Assembly: GCA_038230375.1 (NCBI GenBank)
Contig: JBBRNJ010000023.1
Coordinates: forward strand, 42,452-106,451
Reading direction: 5' to 3'
Length of the DNA: 64,000 bases
DNA from: Polyangiales bacterium
GTDB lineage: Bacteria > Myxococcota_A > Polyangia > Polyangiales > Polyangiaceae
The notes under the pieces are model-generated. The model was given only the letters and a program-made list of their open reading frames with translations, had not been told where the DNA came from and made no database searches. How positions within the stretch are numbered: position 1 is the first letter of the stretch; each line of letters opens with the position of its first letter. Shown piece by piece: positions 46,905 to 57,500 of this stretch. The position numbers and the translations under genes were made by a program.

Positions 46905-49900
46905 ATGACCATCCAGGTCGCTCTCCGTCACCGCACATCGTACGCCTACGATCGCCTGGTCTCGCTCGGCCCGCAGGTCGTGCGCCTCCGGCCCGCGCCG
47001 CACTGTCGCTCGCGCGTGCTCTCGTACTCGCTCAAGGTGGAGCCCAGAGAGCACTTCATCAACTGGCAGCAGGACCCGCAGGCCAACTACCTCGCGCGCC
47101 TGGTCTTCCCGAAGCAGACGCAGAAGCTCTGCATCGACGTCGAGCTGCTCGTGGAGATGACGGCGCAGAACCCGTTCGACTTCGTCCTCGAGCCGGAGGC
47201 GATGGACTTCCCGTTCCAGTACGAAGCAAATCTCGCGGTCGATCTCGCGCCGTACTTCGTCACCGGACCCGACACGCCGAAGCTTGCGGCGCTGGTCGCA
47301 TCTGTCTCCAGGGAGAAGCGCCGCACGATCGATTTTCTCGTCGAGCAGAACCAGAAGGTCCGAGAGCTCATTCGCTACCTCGTGCGGCTGGAGCCTGGGC
47401 TGCAGACACCGGAGGAGACGCTCACGCTCGCGTCGGGATCGTGCCGCGACTCGGGCTGGCTGCTCGTGCAGGTGTTCCGTCGGCTGGGGCTCGCAGCGCG
47501 CTTCGTGTCCGGCTACCTCGTGCAGTTGAAGCCTGACGAGAAGCCGCTCGAAGGACCGCCGGGACCCGAGAAGGACTTCATCGATCTGCACGCATGGTGC
47601 GAGGTGTACTTGCCGGGCGCAGGCTGGGTCGGGCTGGATCCCACGTCCGGTCTGCTCGCAGGGGAGGGGCACCTGCCTCTGGCGTGCACCGCGGAGCCGT
47701 CTGCCGCAGCGCCCGTCACCGGTCTGATCGACGAGTGCAAGACCACGTTCGTCCATGAGATGTCCGTCGAGCGCGTGCTGGAAGCGCCGCGCGTCACGCT
47801 GCCTTACGCCGAAGACGAGTGGAAGAAGATCGACGCGCTCGGTGCGCGCATCGATGGTGATCTCACGGCGGCCGACGTGCGCCTGACCATGGGCGGCGAG
47901 CCCACGTTCGTGGCCGCGGGAGATCTGGATGCCGCGGAGTGGAACACGGAGGCGCTCGGCCCGACGAAGCGAAGGCTCGCGACAGAGCTCTTCTGGAAGC
48001 TTCGCGATCGCTACGCGCCCTTCGGCCTCGTGCACTTCGGCCAGGGCAAGTGGTACCCCGGTGAGCAGCTCCCGCGCTGGGCGCTCTCCCTGTTCTGGCG
48101 GAACGACGGCGAGGCGTTCTTCAAAGACCCATCGCTCTTCGCGGACGAGGCGACGCCCGCCACCGACCGCGCCCCTGTCACCGACGACGACGCGGGTCGC
48201 TTCCTGCGCGGTGTCGCCGAGCACCTGGGCATCGAGTCGCGCTGGGTGCTGCCGGCGTGGGAAGACGTCTACTACTACCTGTGGCGCGAGCATCGCCTCC
48301 CGGTGAACGTGGACGTGATGGACGCGCGCCTCGACGATCCGTTCGAGCGCGAGCGCCTGCGCCGCGTGTTCTCCGCGGGCCTCGGCAAGGTCACCGGCTA
48401 TGCGCTCCCCATCAAGCGCGAGCGCGCCGGCAGTCGCTGGCTCTCTGGGCCGTGGCACCTTCGCGGCGAGCGCTGTCACCTCACTCCGGGAGACTCTCCC
48501 ATGGGCTACCGGCTGCCGCTCGACGGACAGCCCTGGGCGAAGAGCAGCGACAAAGAGGCTTATTTTCCGCCCGATCCGGCGCAACGCGTCGTTCCTCTTG
48601 CCCGGGAGCACGCAGCGCATCCGGTCGTGCATGCACCAGACACCACCCGCGCACCGGCGCCCTTCGAGTCGGCCTCGGAGGTCATTCGCACGGCGATGTG
48701 CGTGGAGCCGCGCAACGGCGTCCTCTATGTCTTCATGCCACCCGTGGCCACGCTGGATGACTACGTGGAGCTCGTGGCCGCCGTCGCGGACACCGCGCGC
48801 GCGCAGAAGCAGAAGGTCCTCTTCGAGGGCTATCCGCCGCCGAAGGACGCGCGCCTGGGCCACCTGTCCGTCACGCCCGACCCCGGCGTCATCGAGGTGA
48901 ACATCCATCCTTCGTCGCGCTGGGACGAGCTGGTCTCGAAGACCACACATCTCTACGAGTCCGCACGCGAGACGCGTCTCGCCACCGACAAGTTCATGGT
49001 GGATGGGCGCCATGTCGGTACCGGCGGTGGCAACCACTTCGTGCTCGGCGGTAAAACGCCCGACGACTCTCCGTTCTTGCGACGCCCCGATCTGCTGGCG
49101 AGCTTCCTTGTGACCTTCCAGCGCCACCCATCGCTCTCGTACATGTTCTCCGGTCTCTTCATCGGACCCACGTCGCAGTCACCGCGCGTCGGCGAGGCGC
49201 GGAACGACGCGCTGCACGAGCTCGAGATCGCGCTGCGCGAGGTCCAGAAGCACCGGACGACCAAGGGTGAGCCGCCGCCGTGGCTCGTGGATCGCATCTT
49301 CCGCGACGTGCTCTGCGATGCGACCGGCAACACGCACCGCACCGAGATGTGCATCGACAAGCTCTTCTCTCCCGACGGCCCCACGGGTCGCCTCGGCCTG
49401 CTCGAGATGCGCAGCTTCGAGATGCCGCCACACGCGCGCATGAGCCTCGTGCAGCAGCTCCTTCTCCGTGCGCTCACGATGAAGCTGTGGAAGGAGCCGC
49501 TCTCGACCGAGCGCCTGCCGCGCTTCTCCACGGAGCTCCACGACCGCTTCATGCTCCCGCATTTCGTCTGGCAGGACATGGGCGACGTGGTGCAGGAGCT
49601 CCGCGACGCAGGCTACCCGCTCGAGCTCGCCTGGTTTCAACCGCATTTCGAGTTCCGCTTTCCGAAGCTCGGTGACCTTGCAGCAGCCGGCATGAACCTG
49701 GAGCTCCGCACGGCGCTCGAGCCGTGGAATGTCACGGGCGAAGACGCTGCAGGTGGCGGCACCGCGCGCTATGTGGACTCGTCGCTCGAGCGGCTGGAGG
49801 TCAAGGTCACCGGGCTCTCGTCCGAGCGCTACGTGATCACGTGCAACGGCCACGCGCTTCCGCTCCAGCCCACCGGTCGCAACGAGGAGTATGTGGCCGG

Positions 49901-50207
49901 CGTTCGCTTCCGCGCGTGGCAGCCGCCGCGCTGCCTGCACCCGACCATAGGTGTGCATGCTCCGCTCACCTTCGACGTGGTCGACACCTGGATGCGCCGC
50001 AGCCTGGGTGGGTGCCAGTACCACGTGAGCCATCCGGGCGGGCGCGCCCACGACACGCGGCCGATCAACGCGCTCGAGGCCGAGGGCAGAAGGCGCGCGA
50101 GGTTCTTCCGGTTGGGTCACACTCAGGGCACGATGGACGTGCCGGCGATCGATCCGTCCACTCGTTCCAAGGACTTTCCCTACACGCTGGATCTGCGGAT
50201 CACCTGA
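46905..50207 (+). CDS. Transglutaminase-like domain + DUF2126 putative amidoligase
   Basis: HRTSYAY, GSCRDS, HAWCEVY, GLDPT (Cys-His-Asp); TMGGEPTF, DPGVIEVN, GTGGGNH, EMRSFEMPPH. Confidence 0.88.
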   Translation: MTIQVALRHRTSYAYDRLVSLGPQVVRLRPAPHCRSRVLSYSLKVEPREHFINWQQDPQANYLARLVFPKQTQKLCIDVELLVEMTAQNPFDFVLEPEAMDFPFQYEANLAVDLAPYFVTGPDTPKLAALVASVSREKRRTIDFLVEQNQKVRELIRYLVRLEPGLQTPEETLTLASGSCRDSGWLLVQVFRRLGLAARFVSGYLVQLKPDEKPLEGPPGPEKDFIDLHAWCEVYLPGAGWVGLDPTSGLLAGEGHLPLACTAEPSAAAPVTGLIDECKTTFVHEMSVERVLEAPRVTLPYAEDEWKKIDALGARIDGDLTAADVRLTMGGEPTFVAAGDLDAAEWNTEALGPTKRRLATELFWKLRDRYAPFGLVHFGQGKWYPGEQLPRWALSLFWRNDGEAFFKDPSLFADEATPATDRAPVTDDDAGRFLRGVAEHLGIESRWVLPAWEDVYYYLWREHRLPVNVDVMDARLDDPFERERLRRVFSAGLGKVTGYALPIKRERAGSRWLSGPWHLRGERCHLTPGDSPMGYRLPLDGQPWAKSSDKEAYFPPDPAQRVVPLAREHAAHPVVHAPDTTRAPAPFESASEVIRTAMCVEPRNGVLYVFMPPVATLDDYVELVAAVADTARAQKQKVLFEGYPPPKDARLGHLSVTPDPGVIEVNIHPSSRWDELVSKTTHLYESARETRLATDKFMVDGRHVGTGGGNHFVLGGKTPDDSPFLRRPDLLASFLVTFQRHPSLSYMFSGLFIGPTSQSPRVGEARNDALHELEIALREVQKHRTTKGEPPPWLVDRIFRDVLCDATGNTHRTEMCIDKLFSPDGPTGRLGLLEMRSFEMPPHARMSLVQQLLLRALTMKLWKEPLSTERLPRFSTELHDRFMLPHFVWQDMGDVVQELRDAGYPLELAWFQPHFEFRFPKLGDLAAAGMNLELRTALEPWNVTGEDAAGGGTARYVDSSLERLEVKVTGLSSERYVITCNGHALPLQPTGRNEEYVAGVRFRAWQPPRCLHPTIGVHAPLTFDVVDTWMRRSLGGCQYHVSHPGGRAHDTRPINALEAEGRRRARFFRLGHTQGTMDVPAIDPSTRSKDFPYTLDLRIT

Positions 50208-50236
50208 CGCGACGAACTACCTGACGCCACCCGACC

Positions 50237-52747
50237 ATGCACGAGAGCCTGCTCATGCGGTACGCGCCTTCCGATGCGCGCTATGACGAGATGCTGGACG
50301 AGATCCAGATCCCGCGGCCGCACTGGCGCGTGTTCCTCACGCAGCTCCAGTCAATGTCGAAGCGCGCGATGCAGGAGCGAAGCCGCTTCGTCCACGACTC
50401 CATCGCGTCGGACGGCGTCACCTACAACGTCTACGCGGACCCGAAAGGAAAGAGCCGCGCGTGGGAGCTCGACCTGGTCCCGCTCATCTTGCCGGAGCAC
50501 GAGTTCCGCGAGATCCGGCTCGCCGTGGAGCAGCGCGCGCGCCTCCTGAACGCGGTGCTCGGCGATCTCTACGGGGAGCGCACGTTGCTCGCGCGTGGGC
50601 TCATCCCGCCGGCGCTCGTGTTTGGTCAGCGCGCGTATCTCTGGCCTGCGCAGGGTGCGACGCCCTCGGGTGTGCACCTCCACTCGTACGCGGTAGACCT
50701 GGCGCGCTCGCCCGACGGGCGCTTCTGGGTGCTCGCGGATCGAACGCGCGGTCCGTCGGGCGCAGGCTACGCGCTGCAGAATCGAAGCACTCTGTGGCGT
50801 GCGTTCCCCGACGCATTCCAGAAGCTGCCTGTGGAGCCGCTCGAGCCGTTCTTCGATGCGATCGAGGAGGGCATGTACCGGCTCGCGCCTTCGAAGGGAG
50901 AGACGCCGCTCGTGGTGTTGCTCACGCCAGGTCCGTACAACGAGACCTATTTCGAGCACGTAATCCTCGCGCGCACGCTCGGCTTCCCGCTGGTCGAAGG
51001 GCAAGACCTGCTGGTGCGCGGTGACTTCTGTTACCTGAAGACGCTGCGCGGCCTGCGTCGCGTCCACGGAATCCTGCGGCGCCTGGATGATGACTTTTGC
51101 GACCCTCTGGAGCTCCGCGCGGACTCCGCGCTCGGCGTTCCCGGTCTGCTTTCGGCGGTGCGCGCTGGCAACGTCTTTGTGGGCAACGGGATCGGAAGCG
51201 GTGTGCTCGAGACAAGCGCTCTTGCAGGCTTCTATCCGGCGCTCTGCGAGCGGCTCCTGGGTGAGCGCCTGCGCATGCCGCAGATCGCCACGTGGTGGTG
51301 CGGCGAGGAGCCAGCCATGGCTTACGTGCTCTCGCACCTGGGCGAGCTCGTGATCAAGCCCACGTATCCGACCATCCGCATGGAGCCGATCTTCGGCCAC
51401 ACGCTGGACGCCGCGGGTCGCGCGGATCTCGTCACGCGCATCCGCGCTCAGCCTCACGCGTACGTCGCGCAGGAGTGGGTCCGTTTGTCGCACGCGCCGG
51501 TGTGGGCCAAGGAGGCGCAGAGCCTCTTGCCGCGCGCGACCACCCTCCGCGTCTTCGCGGTCGCCACGTCGGACGGATGGATGGTGATGCCCGGCGCGCT
51601 CACACGCGTGTCCCCGCACGAGGGCGACGTGGTGTCCATGCAGTGGGGCGGCTCGAGCAAGGACACGTGGGTGCTCGGCGACAAGACCACGTCGCGCGCG
51701 CCGCTCGCCGGGCCCAAGCTGCGCGCGGAGGACGTGCGTACCCGCGGCGTGGATGTGCCCTCGCGCGTGGGCGAGAATCTCTTCTGGTCCGGGCGCTACG
51801 CGGAGCGATGCGAAGGCAGCGCGCGCCTTCTCCGTGCAGGGCTCGCGCGATTGATGGAGACGGGCTCACGCGCGGAGCTCGCGTCGATCATGGAGGCGTG
51901 CAAACGGCTCGGCGTATTGCCCACGCCGAAGAACGGCAAGGCCACAGCCAAGACAGCCGACAAGTCTTCGGGCAAGCACGCGATCGCAGACACCGACGCC
52001 GCGCGTGCGACCATGTTCGTGCGCGCCGTCACGGATCCGGCCGTGCCGGGTGGTCTCGCAGCGAACCTGGGGCGGCTGCACAGCTGCGCGAGCCAGGTGC
52101 GTGAGCGCATGTCCACGGACAACTGGCACCTCCTCTCGGAGCTGCCCGCGAAGGTGCCCAGGAAGGATGCGTCCCTCGGCGTGGCGTCCAAGGCGCTCGA
52201 CGAGATCATGATGGCGTGCGTCTCGCTCGCCGGCTTTGCGATGGACGACATGACCCGCGACGAGAGCTGGCAATTCCTCCGAATGGGACGACGTATCGAG
52301 CGCCTCACCATGCTGGCAGCCGTATCGTCACACGCACTGTCGGAGCCGGGCGCGTCGCTGGAGTGGCTGCTCGAGGCGGCGAACAGCATCGTCACGTTCC
52401 GCGCCCGTTATCGTCGGCTGCCGGAGCTCTTGCCGGTGACGCACCTCTGCGTGATGGACACCACGAATCCGCACGCCGTGCTCTTCCAGGTGCGCGAGAT
52501 CGAGGACACGTTGCGTGAGCTCTCTGCGCCGGTCGAAGCCTTCGCGGAGCTCTCGCGCGCCTCCGCTTCCCTCGCCGCGTTTCCGCTGGATTCGCTCGCG
52601 GAAGAGGGGGACACGCTCGCCGCTGCGTGCAAGGAGCTGGGGGTGTTGCTTGCCCAGACCGAGCGCGCCGGCTACGCGCTGTCCGACGAGCTCTCGCGCC
52701 GCTTCTTCTCGCACGCGGGCTCGCCACTTGGAGCAGCTGCGCCATGA
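50237..52747 (+). CDS. Circularly permuted type 2 ATP-grasp protein fused to an alpha-E domain
   Basis: YDEM, PSGAGYALQNR, LTPGPYNETYFEH, DPLELRADSALGVPGL, PGALTRV, GGSSKDTWV; SRVGENLFWSGRYAERCE and GRRIER. Confidence 0.9.
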   Translation: MHESLLMRYAPSDARYDEMLDEIQIPRPHWRVFLTQLQSMSKRAMQERSRFVHDSIASDGVTYNVYADPKGKSRAWELDLVPLILPEHEFREIRLAVEQRARLLNAVLGDLYGERTLLARGLIPPALVFGQRAYLWPAQGATPSGVHLHSYAVDLARSPDGRFWVLADRTRGPSGAGYALQNRSTLWRAFPDAFQKLPVEPLEPFFDAIEEGMYRLAPSKGETPLVVLLTPGPYNETYFEHVILARTLGFPLVEGQDLLVRGDFCYLKTLRGLRRVHGILRRLDDDFCDPLELRADSALGVPGLLSAVRAGNVFVGNGIGSGVLETSALAGFYPALCERLLGERLRMPQIATWWCGEEPAMAYVLSHLGELVIKPTYPTIRMEPIFGHTLDAAGRADLVTRIRAQPHAYVAQEWVRLSHAPVWAKEAQSLLPRATTLRVFAVATSDGWMVMPGALTRVSPHEGDVVSMQWGGSSKDTWVLGDKTTSRAPLAGPKLRAEDVRTRGVDVPSRVGENLFWSGRYAERCEGSARLLRAGLARLMETGSRAELASIMEACKRLGVLPTPKNGKATAKTADKSSGKHAIADTDAARATMFVRAVTDPAVPGGLAANLGRLHSCASQVRERMSTDNWHLLSELPAKVPRKDASLGVASKALDEIMMACVSLAGFAMDDMTRDESWQFLRMGRRIERLTMLAAVSSHALSEPGASLEWLLEAANSIVTFRARYRRLPELLPVTHLCVMDTTNPHAVLFQVREIEDTLRELSAPVEAFAELSRASASLAAFPLDSLAEEGDTLAAACKELGVLLAQTERAGYALSDELSRRFFSHAGSPLGAAAP

Positions 52748-53673
52748 CCGCCCGTTACACGGTCCTCCACGAGACCCGCTACACGTACGAGGCGCCCGTC
52801 GGCATCTCGCGCCAGGTGCTTCACCTCACGCCGCGCGGCACCTCGTACCAGACGTTGCACGCACACCAGATCCGCGTGGCCCCCGTGCCTGACATCTCGC
52901 GCGACATGGTCGACCCGTTCGGCAATGCCGTTCGTTCCTTCTGCGTCGAGCGTGACCACGACAGCCTGGAGGTGGTCTGCGAGTCGCACGTGGAGGTACG
53001 CGCTCGCGCATATCCAGAGCTCACCGCCTCACCGCCCTGGGAGGCCGTGCGCAACGGTCTGTCGTACAAGGCTGGTCGCACGCTCTCGCCCGACGAGCTC
53101 ACCGCGACGGAGTTTCTGTTCGAGTCCACGCGCGTGCGCAACAAGCGTGAACTACAGGCATGGGCGGCCACCTGCTTCCCAAGCGGCGCACCGCTGCTCG
53201 TTGGCGTGAGCGGTCTCATGCATCGCATCCACGACGAGCTCACGTTCGATCCGAAGGCCACGACGGTGAGCACACCCGTCATGGATGTCTGGCAAAACCG
53301 CCGTGGCGTCTGTCAGGACTTCGCACATCTCTTTCTATCGTGCCTTCGCTCGCTCGGTCTGTCGGCGCGCTACGTCAGCGGTTACCTGCTCACGCGCCCG
53401 CCGCCGGGAAAGAAGCGGCTCATCGGCGCCGACGCTTCGCACGCATGGGTCTCCATCCACTGCCCCGGCTACGGCTGGGTCGACGTGGACCCCACGAACG
53501 CGACGCTCGTCGGCGAAGAGCACGTCACGCTCGGATGGGGGCGTGACTACGACGACGTGATCCCGCTCCGCGGTGTGTTGCTTGGCGGCGGTCAACACGA
53601 GCTCCATGTCTCCGTCACCGTGTTGCCCGAAGGTGAGCGCGCCGTGCCGCCCTCCGCGACGAAGCAGCATTAG
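52744..53673 (+). CDS. Transglutaminase family protein
   Basis: ATGA overlap; HETRYTY; GVCQDFAH, ARYVSGY, SHAWV, DPTN, GRDYDDV. Confidence 0.92.
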   Translation: MTARYTVLHETRYTYEAPVGISRQVLHLTPRGTSYQTLHAHQIRVAPVPDISRDMVDPFGNAVRSFCVERDHDSLEVVCESHVEVRARAYPELTASPPWEAVRNGLSYKAGRTLSPDELTATEFLFESTRVRNKRELQAWAATCFPSGAPLLVGVSGLMHRIHDELTFDPKATTVSTPVMDVWQNRRGVCQDFAHLFLSCLRSLGLSARYVSGYLLTRPPPGKKRLIGADASHAWVSIHCPGYGWVDVDPTNATLVGEEHVTLGWGRDYDDVIPLRGVLLGGGQHELHVSVTVLPEGERAVPPSATKQH

Positions 53674-53707
53674 GCGCCACGCCCCGCGATCCTGTACGAT
53701 CCATGAC

Positions 53708-54583
53708 GTGAAACCCCTGCTTCATCGTTCCATCTCGCTCCTCGTCATGGGTGTCTGCTCCACCGCAGTGCTCCTTTACGCGGGCTGCACCGACCCCGCT
53801 TCGAGCACGCTCGTTGATGAAGCCGGCGGGCCCGCCGCCAAGGACAGCGGCACCGGAAGCAACACCGCCGACGGTGGTGGTGGCGACGCCGGGAGCACGC
53901 CAGAGTCGTGCGTCGCGACGTTCCGCTGGCTGCAGAAGGACGCGTACAAGAGCACGCCGGGCCGCACCAGCAACCTGTGGCCGCCGCACACGACGACCAC
54001 GCTCGCGCTGGCGTGCAACGGTGCGGACGCAGGCAGCGCATTCCACGAGAACCACGGCACGCTCCCTACGGACACGGACGACGCAGGCGCGATCATCCTG
54101 CAGCAGATGAAGCTCGAGACCGTGTCGGGCACGCGTGCGGAGCTCGCGCAGCTCATGGGCACCTACGTGGCGTGCCAGTGCGATCCCACGACCAAGTTCC
54201 TGGGGCTGGACGCGCTCAAGGACGACGGCGTGAAGCAGCTGGTCAATCAGCTATCCATGTATATTACAAATAATCTCGCTTGCCCCGCACCGGGCACGGC
54301 GAGCCTTGTCACGAATCTGCAGAACGGCGACATTGACGCGGTCCTGAAGGCGCTGCCCGGGTGCACGTGGGCGTCGGATGCGGGACTTGCGGCGGGGCTC
54401 GATCAAGCGTGGCAGTCCGTCATCACGTCATCAGCGGAGGTGATCGCCGCCTACCACGTCTGCAACAACGACGCGAAGCTGCAGGCCGGCATGTGGGAGA
54501 CGTACAGGACAGGAAAGTCGCTGGCCGCGTGTGAAAGCGACGCGAGCGTCTGTCACGGCCCCGCCTGGTTCTACCAACCGTGA
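53708..54583 (+). CDS. Hypothetical Cys-containing lipoprotein
   Basis: Lipobox YAGC; low-complexity DAG linker; unrecognised domain. Confidence 0.65.
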   Translation: MKPLLHRSISLLVMGVCSTAVLLYAGCTDPASSTLVDEAGGPAAKDSGTGSNTADGGGGDAGSTPESCVATFRWLQKDAYKSTPGRTSNLWPPHTTTTLALACNGADAGSAFHENHGTLPTDTDDAGAIILQQMKLETVSGTRAELAQLMGTYVACQCDPTTKFLGLDALKDDGVKQLVNQLSMYITNNLACPAPGTASLVTNLQNGDIDAVLKALPGCTWASDAGLAAGLDQAWQSVITSSAEVIAAYHVCNNDAKLQAGMWETYRTGKSLAACESDASVCHGPAWFYQP

Positions 54584-54594
54584 ACGGTTGCTTG

Positions 54595-57500
54595 TCACGG
54601 TAGAGCGCGTTTCTGGCTGGAGGTCTCGATGAGGTGCTCGAGCTGGCTTGCGAGCTCCCGTGACGATCGGCCCGCCCTTGCCACGATCGTGCGAATGCCC
54701 TCTGCGCGGTCCAGCGCGAGGAGCGAGCGCGCCGCATCGAGGACGAACGCCGGCTCCTCGACCTGAGGCTCACCGGCCCGCAGCTTGGAGAAGAGACCCG
54801 CCTTTCCTTCGACCAGGCGCGCCAGAACGCCGACAGCGCGGCTGCGCGGAACGCCATTTTGTGCGGAGCCGAGCGCGGTCACAGCCGCGCGCCGCACCTG
54901 CTGCCCCGGGCCGGGCCGGGCGAAGAGCCTCTCGATCGAGCCCACGACGGCGTCGTCGATGACGTTGAGCCTTGCGGCTGCGAACAGCGCCGCCGCCCGC
55001 ACGGCTTCATCCGGGTGCTCGAGGGAGTCCATGACCATCTCCCTTGCCCGGTCGCCGGACACCTCGGCGTATGCGTAGAGCGCGACGCCGCGAAGCGTGC
55101 GGTGCCGTAGGAACCGGCCGATCTCGTTCGCGACCGCAACGTCGGCGTGAGCGGGCACGCCGCGCAGGAGATCCTCCACGAAGGAGAGATCCACGCCGTC
55201 CTTCACGATGTCCACGTGCGCGAGCGTCTTGGCGACGACGTTGCTGCCGTGCGCGCCGGTCTCCTTCAACGCCATCACGAAGTGCGCTCTGCCAGTGGGC
55301 TCGCGCAGGGTCGTCCGCGCACGCACCAGTGCCCGTGCACCCGCCTCACCGGCCAGTGCAAGCAGCTGCCTCGCCGCGTCACGTGAGTGCGGCTGTCCGA
55401 CCATCAACACGTTCGCGATGGGCACCAGGCGATCTTCGTCGACGATGGAGGTGATCACCTTGAACGACAGGCGCTCGCGGATACTGCCGGTCTGGCCCTT
55501 GTTGCCGGCCATTCGTGCGAGCGTGCCGACGGTCGACAGGATCGCGTTCGCTTCTCCGCGCTTGGCAAGGATCTTGAGCGCACCCTTCAGGACCGTCAGT
55601 TCGGACTGCAGCGCTCGCTCGTCCATCAATGCCGTGAGCGTTGCCAGGTACTTCTCCGGGCTTCGAGCGATGGTCTCTGCCAGCTGTTCCGCGCCGATGA
55701 CCAGCGCGATGTCGTTTGGCAGCTCGTGGAGCGGTACCAGACCGCGGAGGCCGATCTCGCAGAGCACCTCGAACATCTCGGGCGTGCGCTCGCGCACCAG
55801 ACGGCGCCCCATGAGGCCGAGCAACCCCGCGCTCCGCTCGCGTTCGGGGCCGTCCTTCTGATCCAGGTCCGACACGAGCAACGACGCGACGTCCATACAA
55901 CGGGCGAGAGATAGCGATGCGATCGTCGCCGCGGCAAGCCCATCCACACGCGCGCCGCGCGCCGCGCCAAGGTCTATGTTGACAAGAAGCTGACGTAGCT
56001 CCTCTGCCTTGGTGAGCACGCGTGTGGAGCGCAGGACCAGCGCCTGCGTGGCGGCGCTCATCGTCTCTGCGTTCGCGTTGGTGCGCTGGAGCAGCGCCAG
56101 GTCACGCGCAAAGCGGGACGCCGACAGGCCCACCTTCCAGGACAGCCTTCGATCGCGCCCCACGATCTCGTTCGGAAAGATCGCAGATACACCCGTGAGG
56201 CGCGCCGATGCGATCGCGCGGGCGGCCTCTTCCGGTGGCCCGCGCAGCATGCCGACCAGGCCCGCCAGTGCGACGTCCGTGACCTCACGCTGGAGTGTCA
56301 GCGCGGCGATGCCGGGGCGGGCAAGCTCCGTCACGAAGACGGCGCCCACCTTCTCGTAGGACTCCTTGCCGAAGAGCTTCTTGAGGTCGATCGCCTCACC
56401 GTCCCCTAGCAGCGCAAAGAAGCCGATCGCGCGCTCCGTGTCGCGCCGTACGAATGTCATCTCGCGCCGCGTGTCGAGCAAGGACGAGAGCAGCTTCTGG
56501 CCGTCGCTCCACTGCGCGGCGAATTTTGCTGCGTTCTCCTTGCGGAAGCCGCCGGTACCGAGCACGGCAGTCGCGAAGAACATGGTGAACGCCGCGAGGC
56601 CCGCCTCCACGTCGAAGGTGCCGGAGCTGCGCGCAACGATGCTCGGCGTCTTCTTGACCGGCTTCGGTGCCGCCGCCTCGAGGGCCTCGCGCAGCGCCGT
56701 GCGGAACTGGCGTGCGTTCTGCGGGCGCTCCTCCGGCGCCTTGGATAGCGCGCCCATGATCACCTCCGCGAGCTGCGAAGGGATGCCGGGCGCGATCTGG
56801 GCGAGCGGGGGGACGGGCATGGTGGACTGCGCGACGATGATCTCCATCGGCGCCATGCCCTCGAACGGGGTGCGTCCAGTCAGGAGCTCGTAGAGCGTGC
56901 ATGCGCACGCGTAGACGTCCGAGCGCGGGTCGGTGATCTCTCCGCGGGCCTGCTCGGGCGCCATGTACTCCGGCGTCCCGCAGAGGTAGCCCGCGCCGAT
57001 GCTCTTCGCGAGCTCTGACGCCTCCATGGCCTGCGGCGTTGGATCATCAGGGTGCATGTTCTGCAGAGCGGCGATGCCGAAGTCGCACACCTTCACGACC
57101 TCGATCGCGCCGCCGTCCTCGTCGCGACCGCGTACGATGACGATGTTCTCCGGCTTCACGTCACGGTGGATGATGCCTTGCTCGTGCGCAACGGCGAGCG
57201 CGCCGAGCACCTGGGACACGGTGGCCACGGCGCGTTCAGGCGTGAATTTCCCTTCTTCGTGCAGGCGCGCCTGCAGGCTCGCGCCCTGGAGGAACTCCAT
57301 CACGATGTAGACCAGGCCGTCTCTCGCCTCCTGACCGAAGTCGAGGACGCGCATGATGTTCGGGTGATCGAGCTGGCTCGCGGCGAGCGCCTCGCGGTGG
57401 AAGCGCTTCATGAACTCCGGGTCCGCCTGGAAGTGCGGATGGAGCACCTTGATGGCGACCGCGCGCCGCAGTCCAATGTGCTTTGCCTTGTACACCGCGC

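Noticed and set aside
46821..52395. Long minus-strand ORFs over the transglutaminase/ATP-grasp operon
   Set aside because: Antisense shadows of well-supported plus-strand genes.
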